DNA from: Oculatellaceae cyanobacterium bins.114
GTDB lineage: Bacteria; Cyanobacteriota; Cyanobacteriia; Elainellales; Elainellaceae
NCBI GenBank assembly: GCA_033764315.1
Contig: JANRJA010000227.1
Span: 1-33,954 of the forward strand
Direction of reading: 5' to 3'
DNA length: 33,954 nucleotides
Made by a program: the position numbers and the translations under genes. Positions 26,749-33,954 of the stretch are shown here, piece by piece (position 1 is the first letter of the stretch; each line of letters begins with the position of its first letter). The notes beneath the pieces are model-generated. The model saw only the letters and a list, made by a program, of their open reading frames with translations. It did not search any database and was not told the DNA's origin.

Positions 26749-27384
26749 CTATTTGTTAGGCTGAGGAGTCATCCGCAGATAGGGCTTCACTTCAGTTAGA
26801 CCCTTAGGAAACTTCTGTTTTGCTTCTTCCGTGGGGATCGAAGGAACCACAACTACATCATCTCCATCTTTCCAGTTTACTGGAGTTGCAACGCCGTAGT
26901 TATCGGTCAGTTGCAACGAGTCAATCACTCGAAGAATTTCTTCAAAATTCCGTCCAGTGCTGGGTGGGTAAGTGATGGTCAAACGCAGTTTCTTCTGAGG
27001 ATCAATCACAAACACAGAGCGAACCGTCACCTTAGCATTGGCGTTGGGGTGGATCATGCCATAAAGCTCAGATACGGCCTTATCTGCGTCTGCCAGGATG
27101 GGATAGTTGACTGTCGTGTTTTGAGTTTCGTTGATATCGCTGATCCAACCCGAATGAGAGTTAGCATCATCAACGCTGAGCGCGATCACCTTAGCATTAC
27201 GCTTGTCAAACTCAGGCTTTAGTTTAGCCACCTCGCCTAGCTCAGTGGTGCAGACAGGGGTATAGTCTGCGGGGTGAGAAAACAAAACAACCCAACTATC
27301 ACCCGCCCAGTCATAGAAATTGATATCCCCTTCACTAGAGGATTGAGTAAAATTGGGCACCGTATCACCGAGTTGAAGAGCCAT
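26749..27384 (-). CDS. 1-Cys peroxiredoxin (Prx6 subfamily)
   Basis: FSHPADYTPVCTTE, TGRNFEEILR, KPYLR; ATG at 27384 with AGGAAG upstream gives 211 aa. Confidence 0.95.
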   Translation of the reverse strand: MALQLGDTVPNFTQSSSEGDINFYDWAGDSWVVLFSHPADYTPVCTTELGEVAKLKPEFDKRNAKVIALSVDDANSHSGWISDINETQNTTVNYPILADADKAVSELYGMIHPNANAKVTVRSVFVIDPQKKLRLTITYPPSTGRNFEEILRVIDSLQLTDNYGVATPVNWKDGDDVVVVPSIPTEEAKQKFPKGLTEVKPYLRMTPQPNK

Positions 27385-27537
27385 AGCCGACTTCCTGTAA
27401 TATAGAGAACAGATTTTTGGGATTACTTCAGATATCTTCCCATAAAACCCCACTAATCCGCCCGGAGTTTAGATCTTTTTCAGGGTTGGTGTAATCGCTC
27501 TCAGATAAGGCTTTTAGAGCAATAGGGAAGGACACCA

Positions 27538-28491
27538 TTAGGGGTTTGTTGGCGTTTGATGACGTTGATAGGTAGCCCGACCTAAGGCGATCGCCAATGA
27601 TCCCAACACAACACAGGCTGCTCCAGCAATTCCCAAGAGGGTTAATGGCTCTCGTGCCACAATTTCAGGGACGATTACCGCTCCTAAGGTCACTGAGATT
27701 AGGGTAATAATCGGCGTCATTGATAGCACTGCACTAACCCGTGACGCTTCCCAGTGGTCAAGTGCCTCTGCAAAAGCTCCATACGCCAAAAACGTGTTGA
27801 AAGCACTAAACAGCAACATGCCCCATTGTAACGGAGTCAGTGTCAACAATTGCTCTGGTGAGGCAAACGGGGTAAACAACACCGCACTGCCCCCGTAAAT
27901 AATCAGCATAATCACAGGCGATGAAAGCTGTTGCAGAAGTTGTTTTTGTGCCAGCGCATAGACTGCCCACACAGCCGCCGCCACCACTAAAATACCAGTC
28001 CCTAACAGGTAGTGAGTCGGAGCCGTAACCAGCGATCGCAATTGATCGTTAAAAAAGAGTGTCATTCCTAAAATCAAAACGCTTAAACCAAACCACTGCT
28101 GCAAGGTATAGCGTTCTTTAAAGATCCACAGGGCCCCCATGCCAAAAAAAACAGGGGCAGTCTGAATGATGACTTGTGAGTTGGTCGGTGAGGTCTGGTG
28201 CAACCCCTCTAAAAAGCAGAGATAATTGATAGCCAAAAATATCGTCGCGATCGCCAACAAATCTAATCGAGTCGATCGCAATTTTTGCAACTCTGGTAAC
28301 TGCCCTCGCACAGCTAAGAAGAGAGCCAACAACCCAAACGATATTAAAAATCGAAACCAGGTCACAGTATAAACATCAAGTGCCTGTAGAGCGACTTTAA
28401 GAGCAATCGGTAAAACACCCCACAATAACGCTGTCACCATTGCCAATGAAAACCCTAATCGCCACCGCCCAGAACTTTGGTGAAGCGTCAT
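27538..28491 (-). CDS. DMT/EamA family transporter
   Basis: About 10 TM in two repeats; LWGVLPIALK, TWFRF, AYGAFAEAL.HWEASRVSA; start at 28491 or 28512. Confidence 0.9.
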   Translation of the reverse strand: MTLHQSSGRWRLGFSLAMVTALLWGVLPIALKVALQALDVYTVTWFRFLISFGLLALFLAVRGQLPELQKLRSTRLDLLAIATIFLAINYLCFLEGLHQTSPTNSQVIIQTAPVFFGMGALWIFKERYTLQQWFGLSVLILGMTLFFNDQLRSLVTAPTHYLLGTGILVVAAAVWAVYALAQKQLLQQLSSPVIMLIIYGGSAVLFTPFASPEQLLTLTPLQWGMLLFSAFNTFLAYGAFAEALDHWEASRVSAVLSMTPIITLISVTLGAVIVPEIVAREPLTLLGIAGAACVVLGSLAIALGRATYQRHQTPTNP

Positions 28492-28926
28492 TCTAAACTC
28501 TGTAGCCCCCATATCAAGATCGACAGTATGTCACAACATCGATCGCGTTCAATCCTGCTTGCCCGGCGTTAAAGGGTATGTGGTTGCAAATGCTCCTTAC
28601 ACCAGCCCGCAGCCTATCACCATACAAGATGCCTGACCGGGTTGCTTCCTCCGACAGAATCACCTGATCGTAGGAAGCCAAACAATAAATCGCTTGAATT
28701 CGCTAGTTCTTGACAAGATACCAGGTTACCCAAAACCTATAGGGCTCTAGATCCAGATGAATGATTGTTGCTAATGAGACACATGCCGTTATATAAACGG
28801 CGATCGCTTTATTACAAAAGATTGCACACCTTTAAGTAATTTGGATGATGATATCAAGCCAAAGTAAACGATTTAATGTGATAGATAACCCTCTTTCAGG
28901 AATCGTCTAACGATTGCATTTCAACT

Positions 28927-29205
28927 ATGTTTGCGCTTGCTCACTGGCTTATACAAGTTTTACAGCCGATTTTAGTTCCGCTCTGTTTTGTGGTGGCTTG
29001 GCTAGTAATGACTTTGGTTGCCTGGAGCATCTGGAGTGCAATACGCGATAGCGTCGCCAACGCCAAACAGATGCATCGCATTCCCTGTGCCAACTGCCAA
29101 TTCTTTACCCATGACTATCACTTAAAGTGCACTGTGCATCCAGGCACTGCCTTGTCAGAAGAAGCTGTCAACTGCATGGACTATGAGCCAACTCGCAGCG
29201 TGTAG
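28927..29205 (+). CDS. Small membrane-anchored Cys/His-motif protein
   Basis: One TM, then IPCANCQFF..YHLKCTVHP..EEAVNCMDY. Confidence 0.75.
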   Translation: MFALAHWLIQVLQPILVPLCFVVAWLVMTLVAWSIWSAIRDSVANAKQMHRIPCANCQFFTHDYHLKCTVHPGTALSEEAVNCMDYEPTRSV

Positions 29206-29256
29206 TGGGTTAAGTCAGCCTCACTCCTATCCCTTTCAGGCGATAAAATTAGGGAT

Positions 29257-29526
29257 ATGAAGACCATCTTAATTGGGCTAGTCCGGGCTTATCGGGTGTT
29301 GATCTCACCGCTATATCCTCCCGTCTGCCGCTTTCAGCCAACCTGCTCACAATATGCCATAGAGGCGATCGCTCGACATGGGGCAATTCGAGGGTCTTGG
29401 TTAGCCATACGGCGCATTTCGTCTTGTCATCCTTTCCATCCCGGCGGCTACGATCCGGTTCCTCCTTTGGCAAACTCCCCGAAGGATAGTTCTGTCTCTG
29501 AACGTAGCCCAGACTCAGAAGAATGA
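29257..29526 (+). CDS. yidD: Membrane protein insertion efficiency factor
   Basis: [30 protein letters not shown]. Confidence 0.95.
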   Translation: MKTILIGLVRAYRVLISPLYPPVCRFQPTCSQYAIEAIARHGAIRGSWLAIRRISSCHPFHPGGYDPVPPLANSPKDSSVSERSPDSEE

Positions 29527-29568
29527 TCCTATGAGGGAGTATAAATCAACCCGTGTACGACTTTCCCC

Positions 29569-29634
29569 AGATCCCCGGTTGCTGTAACGCAAATCAGACT
29601 CCTTTGAGGATACTGAACGAGCAACCGGGGATCT
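29569..29634. repeat. 15-bp perfect inverted repeat between convergent genes
   Basis: AGATCCCCGGTTGCT-N36-AGCAACCGGGGATCT. Confidence 0.75.
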
Positions 29635-29693
29635 AAACCTCTAAGCTGCACATCGCATTAAATTAAGCAAATAAAGAGGTTGTTGACAAAATC

Positions 29694-30251
29694 CTAAGGA
29701 TCTTCATCGTCGTCATCATCGTTATTGATCGCGGTAACTGGTAAATCGTCGTCATCGTCGTCGTCATCCTCATCATCTGGGACTTCTTTAAAGCTGTCTA
29801 AAGCAGAAGCTCCATTTTGATGCTCAGCCTCCTCATCTTCATCAACCATACCAGGACTGATCAAGGTGATATCCCAATCATCGGGAGGAATGGTAGAAAC
29901 GGCGTCTCGCTTTAACAAGTAATAGACCGCTTGCACTTGAGGACCAAAAACAATTTTGTCTTCGTCCTGCAAGTCATGAGCTTGTAATTTACGGCCATTG
30001 ATCAACAACCCATTAGCACTGGGTTTGCCTTTTAGATTACCGTCTACGATACGGTAATAATAGCTGCCATCCTCGTTCGGTAATTGTACCAAGGTGGCAT
30101 GGCGACGAGAGACAAACTGAGAGATCAGTCGAATGTCGCATTTTGGATCTCTGCCAATTGAATAGACTGGACTGTCGAGGATAAATTCACGACGCCCTTT
30201 GTTGTCTTCAATAATCAACAAATGGTTCTGGTGCGATTCTGAACTTGCCAT
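29694..30251 (-). CDS. FHA domain protein with an acidic C-terminal tail
   Basis: IGR, VSRRHA, SANG FHA motifs; Asp-rich tail. Confidence 0.9.
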   Translation of the reverse strand: MASSESHQNHLLIIEDNKGRREFILDSPVYSIGRDPKCDIRLISQFVSRRHATLVQLPNEDGSYYYRIVDGNLKGKPSANGLLINGRKLQAHDLQDEDKIVFGPQVQAVYYLLKRDAVSTIPPDDWDITLISPGMVDEDEEAEHQNGASALDSFKEVPDDEDDDDDDDDLPVTAINNDDDDDEDP

Positions 30252-30541
30252 TCAATGATTAATTCGGTAATCCGCTCATTAACAATGATGATGCTCGACA
30301 GTGTTGCTTAGCTAATGCAGATCTTTAGAACGGTAATAAGATCTTGCTAAGCGTTGGCTTGCACTAACCCGATAGAGTTACAGTAGTCAAACTTGAGAGA
30401 ACTGGGTACAGGGGTAAAACCCCTGAGCGAAGATAAATCTCACTCCCTGTCCTCAATTTTAGAGCTATTGCTAGCTCTGACTTAAGCCAACTCAATAGAA
30501 TAATGTAACTGTTCTCTCCTCTAGTAGTACCCTTATTACCC

Positions 30542-32956
30542 TCAGTCTTTAACCATTCTTCGCAAAAACAGTGAATTTGTGACGACACTAACCGAACTGA
30601 ATGCCATTATTGCACCTGCGACGGCTGGACTCAGAACAATACCGAGGGTTGGTAGAAGGACTCCAGCTGCAACTGGAATGCCCACGATATTATACGCGAA
30701 TGCCCAGAACAGATTTTGACGAATTGTATTAAATGTTGCTCGACTGAGGCGAATCGCTTGGACAACATCTTGGAGGCGATCGCGCATCAACACAATTTCG
30801 GCGGTTTCGATGGCAACGGCAGTGCTGGAATGGAGCGAGATACTGACATCTGCCTGTGCCAAAGCAGGCGCATCATTAATGCCATCCCCGATCATGGCCA
30901 CCTTGACTCCCTGTTGTTGCAGTTGGCTAATCGTGGCCGCTTTTGCCTCAGGGCGCACCCCCGCAAACACATCTTGAGCTGAGATTCCTGCTCGTTGAGC
31001 GATCGCAGCCGCAACCGCAGGTTGATCCCCTGTCAACATCATGACTCGCAGACCCATCTTCTGCAAATGATGAACGGTGGCTGACGCATCGGGTCGGAGG
31101 GTGTCTTGAACCGCAATCAGCCCCACTAAGGTGGTGTCTTTGGCGACATAACAAACCGTTTTGCCCATATTTGAGAGGGCGATCGCCTGAGCTTGAGCAG
31201 CATTGGGGATGCTCACCCCCGACTGCACCAACCAATCTGAGGTGCCGACACGCACAACATACCCTTCGACTTGAGCTAATGCTCCCTGCCCTGACTCAGT
31301 CTGAAAGTTTTGAGCTGGCAGTAAGAGCAACTCTTGCTGTTGTGCACCTTGCCGAATTGCCTCCGCTAGCGGATGCCGAGTACCACTCTCAACGGTAGCA
31401 GCCAGTTGCAGCACGCTAGCGGTTGACAGATCGGCCAACGGTAGGCAGTCGGTGATAACGGGATGCCCGGTCGTCAACGTCCCAGTTTTGTCAAACACAA
31501 CGGTTTGCAAACGATGCACTTTTTCCAGCACATCTCCCCCCCGAATGAGTAACCCTTGTTCTGCTCCGACGCCACACCCGACAAGAATGGCGGTTGGGGT
31601 AGCCAAGCCAAGGGCACAGGGGCAAGCAATCACCAGCACAGCGATCGCCAGCTTGAGGCTGAGCAGCAGCGGAGAGGGATGGGTCATGACGGCATGAGAG
31701 GCGTGCATGAGATGCCCGCTTTGCAGCATCACACCAGGAACATCCCCAAACAGGGGGATACCCATGAAATACCAGAATAGAAAGGTCAGGAGGGCGATCG
31801 CCATGACCCCATAGGTAAAGTAGCCTGCGATCGTATCGGCTAAACGCTGAATGGGGGCTTTGCGGGTTTGAGCGGCTTCAACTAAAGCAATGATTTGAGC
31901 AATGGTGGTGTCTTTGCCTGTGCGAGTAGCCCGAATGGCGATCGCCCCAGTTTGGTTGAGCGTGCCAGCGGTAATCACATCTCCAGTTTGTTTAGCTACA
32001 GGCACCGATTCACCCGTCAACATGGCCTCATCAACCGTAGTTTGACCCGCAATCACCTGTCCATCCACTGGAATCTTCTCGCCTGGAAGAACTTGCAACC
32101 ACTCGCCCACCTTGACTTTCTCAGCCAGAATCTCAACCGAAGCCAGGGTTGTAAAATTAGTAGCCAGTGCAGGTTGAGCAGCCTCACTGCCCTCTTGAAT
32201 GGGAATGAGCCGTGCCAGGGTTGGTTTCAGCGCAATCAGAGACTGCATCGCAGCTGCCGCACGGGTTCTGGCTTGCTGTTCTAAAGTCCGCCCCAGCAAA
32301 ATGAACCCCAACAACATGACAGGTTCATCAAAGAAGCACTCCCAACCAAGTTGCGGCACCAATAGGGCAACAACGCTAGTGGTATAGGCCGTGATTGCGC
32401 CCAAGCCAATCAAGCTGTTCATATTGGGGATGTTGTGACGCAACCCGCGCCAACCATCCACCAAAATCGATCGCCCAGGACCGATCAACGCCAGCGTCGC
32501 CAACCCCCAATGAAACTCAATGGAGCTTAATCCTGGGACGTGCCAGCCAAAATGGTCGAGGTGCCCAATTCCAGAGAGTACGAGCAAAATCGAGGCGATC
32601 GCCACTCGCCACAATTGAGTTCGGGCTTCTTGCCGATGTCGTTCAGTGGGGTCAACATACCCCGATGTCTCCCCATCCGGGTCGGCTGACGTTTGACGTA
32701 GCTGAGTTGGGAAGCCAATTTCTGTGAGCCGATGCGCTAAATCAGTCGGATTAACGGCTTCTGGGCAATATTCCACCATTGCCACCTCAGTCACCAAATT
32801 AACAGCGGCAGACACCACCCCTGCTTGCTGAGTCAATTGACTTTCAACCGCTTTGACACAACCCGCACACTTCATGCCGCCAACATCCAGGGCGATCGTC
32901 AAGTTAGGAGTGTCTTGCGTGGTGTTAGGTGCTGTATCTAACAAGGGGGAATGCAT
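30542..32956 (-). CDS. ctaA: P1B-1 copper-translocating ATPase, CtaA-like
   Basis: GMKCAGC metal-binding domain, TGES, CPC, DKTGT, HP, GDGIND, YN and MAFSS Cu(I) motifs; WECFFDEPVML is typical of the CtaA/PAA clade. Confidence 0.85.
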   Translation of the reverse strand: MHSPLLDTAPNTTQDTPNLTIALDVGGMKCAGCVKAVESQLTQQAGVVSAAVNLVTEVAMVEYCPEAVNPTDLAHRLTEIGFPTQLRQTSADPDGETSGYVDPTERHRQEARTQLWRVAIASILLVLSGIGHLDHFGWHVPGLSSIEFHWGLATLALIGPGRSILVDGWRGLRHNIPNMNSLIGLGAITAYTTSVVALLVPQLGWECFFDEPVMLLGFILLGRTLEQQARTRAAAAMQSLIALKPTLARLIPIQEGSEAAQPALATNFTTLASVEILAEKVKVGEWLQVLPGEKIPVDGQVIAGQTTVDEAMLTGESVPVAKQTGDVITAGTLNQTGAIAIRATRTGKDTTIAQIIALVEAAQTRKAPIQRLADTIAGYFTYGVMAIALLTFLFWYFMGIPLFGDVPGVMLQSGHLMHASHAVMTHPSPLLLSLKLAIAVLVIACPCALGLATPTAILVGCGVGAEQGLLIRGGDVLEKVHRLQTVVFDKTGTLTTGHPVITDCLPLADLSTASVLQLAATVESGTRHPLAEAIRQGAQQQELLLLPAQNFQTESGQGALAQVEGYVVRVGTSDWLVQSGVSIPNAAQAQAIALSNMGKTVCYVAKDTTLVGLIAVQDTLRPDASATVHHLQKMGLRVMMLTGDQPAVAAAIAQRAGISAQDVFAGVRPEAKAATISQLQQQGVKVAMIGDGINDAPALAQADVSISLHSSTAVAIETAEIVLMRDRLQDVVQAIRLSRATFNTIRQNLFWAFAYNIVGIPVAAGVLLPTLGIVLSPAVAGAIMAFSSVSVVTNSLFLRRMVKD

Positions 32957-33055
32957 ACAGGCTTAAATTAAGGAGATGGTTAAAGCACCCTGATTATAGG
33001 ACAGCGATCGCTCAGACAGTCTGAATCAGGGACTACTGACGTTATAACAAATGAT

Positions 33056-33096
33056 CAAAGCGGTCAGACTCTCACCCCTGATAAGAGTCTAACCGC
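33056..33096 (-). terminator. Terminator-like hairpin between the structured element and ctaA
   Basis: Minus strand GCGGTTAGACTCT-N11-AGAGTCTGACCGC-TTTG, 13 bp with one G-U; that pair is a C-A mismatch on the plus strand. The U-tract is short. Confidence 0.55.
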
Positions 33097-33130
33097 CTTC
33101 TTTAATTAAAATGAGCTATGTGAGCCTAAA

Positions 33131-33251
33131 GGCTCTCCCGGTTTTACGGTTATAAGTAAGGCTTATAACCTTGCCTGACGGCATTTCAGACCTCGGCGGC
33201 AAGATTTTTTGTATCTTAAACTACCGTTTTAACCGGGGATCCGGAAGAGCC
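33131..33251 (-). ncRNA. Candidate structured non-coding RNA, family not recognised
   Basis: Nested stems GGCTCT/AGAGCC and CCCGGTT/AACCGGG enclose hairpins AAGAT/ATCTT, GTCTGA/TCAGGC and GGTTATAAG/CTTATAACC; G-U pairs favour the minus strand. Confidence 0.55.
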
Positions 33252-33344
33252 AGGTGCTCTTTTATGAAGAGACCCAGAAAACCAGACTTTTCTATCACCT
33301 AGGGACTAGATTAATACCAATTGCTTAAGAGGCTCAATCAGCCT

Positions 33345-33569
33345 CTATCTAGTTTTATTGTCTCCTGCACTTAAAACGGAGACAAGTGCCCAAATCCAAT
33401 TACCAATAGCAATTGGAACGGCAATCAACCAACCGATTATAGGAATAAATAAGAGAAGAAAAACAACCAAATCAAGTATGATTTGAATTATCCCTTGGGC
33501 AATCTTCCCAACAATAAGCGTACCAATTCCGGGGAAGAAAATGTTGATAATAATTGCTAAAATTTTCAT
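33345..33569 (-). CDS. Small TM2-like membrane protein (74 aa)
   Basis: FFPGIGTLIVGKIAQGIIQ motif, very hydrophobic; GAAGGA upstream of ATG 33569; AT-rich. Confidence 0.75.
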   Translation of the reverse strand: MKILAIIINIFFPGIGTLIVGKIAQGIIQIILDLVVFLLLFIPIIGWLIAVPIAIGNWIWALVSVLSAGDNKTR

Positions 33570-33755
33570 AAACCATCCTTCAAGCAAAGTACTAATAAAC
33601 TTGACAATTTAGGCTGGAAGATTGTTAGAGAACGATTCGCTATAGTTTTAAGCATCTGGTGATCCATTCTTTCTCCTATGATTCATTTTTTCTCCTATAA
33701 AGAGGAAGATATTTATAGGTTCCAATCTGAAGCAAAGATTCTCAAAGCATTATTA

Positions 33756-33953
33756 TTAGCTAAATTTCAGTAAACTACTTATTGAAGATATAATTTCCAA
33801 GACAGGCTTTCCGACTTCCCCAACAGATTTTGCCGCGTCAATCAAGCCTTCAGCACTTAAGCTGTACCATTTTCGTGAAGGTTTATCCTTTAAAGCCTCT
33901 AACTTAAATCTATCAAAGTCATCCTTCAAAGAAACCTGCTGCTCTTTTGAAAG
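33756..33953 (-). CDS. C-terminal 65 aa of a gene entering from the right edge
   Basis: Manual translation LSKEQQVSLKDDFDRFKLEALKDKPSRKWYSLSAEGLIDAAKSVGEVGKPVLEIISSISSLLKFS*; open frame in AT-rich DNA. Confidence 0.7.
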   Translation of the reverse strand, partial: LSKEQQVSLKDDFDRFKLEALKDKPSRKWYSLSAEGLIDAAKSVGEVGKPVLEIISSISSLLKFS

Positions 33954-33954
33954 T

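Larger units (their letters stand above)
1..33954. repeat. HIP1 octamer GCGATCGC dispersed across the window
   Basis: Dozens of copies in coding and non-coding DNA, e.g. ~1696, ~2602, ~2634, ~4831, ~20861, ~33004; a hallmark of many cyanobacteria. Confidence 0.95.

Noticed and set aside
27385..27453. N-terminal extension of the peroxiredoxin in the ORF track
   Set aside because: ATG 27384 has a ribosome-binding site and gives the standard Prx6 N-terminus and length.
28560..28680. SRP RNA-like words on the minus strand (TCAGG...GGAGGAAGCAAC)
   Set aside because: The spacing does not give the SRP domain IV hairpin and I could not build the long enclosing stem.
33131..33251. Assignment of the structured element as 6S RNA or a known riboswitch
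   Set aside because: Too short and branched for 6S, and it lacks the cobalamin, TPP, glutamine, guanidine-I, c-di-AMP and NiCo consensus motifs as I recall them; left unassigned.

Overview
Chromosomal window from a cyanobacterium, inferred from the dense HIP1 (GCGATCGC) octamers, heptamer STRR repeats and a CcaA-type carbonic anhydrase; a filamentous Leptolyngbya/Oculatella-like lineage is a guess. Left to right: a partial glycogen debranching enzyme missing from the ORF track, Ycf23/DUF561, ppk2, a THUMP RNA methyltransferase with an FAD oxidoreductase, and two membrane proteins. Next is a ~9 kb cluster of a two-domain glycosyltransferase, three FkbM methyltransferase genes, a TPR protein and a divergent gene resembling those found beside cyanobacterial pilA. 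Then ccaA, an atypical response regulator with a coiled-coil membrane partner, a complete bioF-bioK-bioC-bioD-bioA-bioB operon, a 1-Cys peroxiredoxin, an EamA transporter, a small Cys-rich protein, yidD, an FHA protein and a CtaA-like Cu ATPase. The window ends with a ~120-nt highly structured element plus a terminator-like hairpin upstream of the ATPase, and AT-rich genes. Intergenic DNA carries several MITE-like and REP-like elements. The best leads are the structured RNA candidate, the glycan-methylation cluster, the picocyanobacterial-type biotin operon and the HTH-less regulator pair. All family assignments are from motif recognition; no database searches were run.
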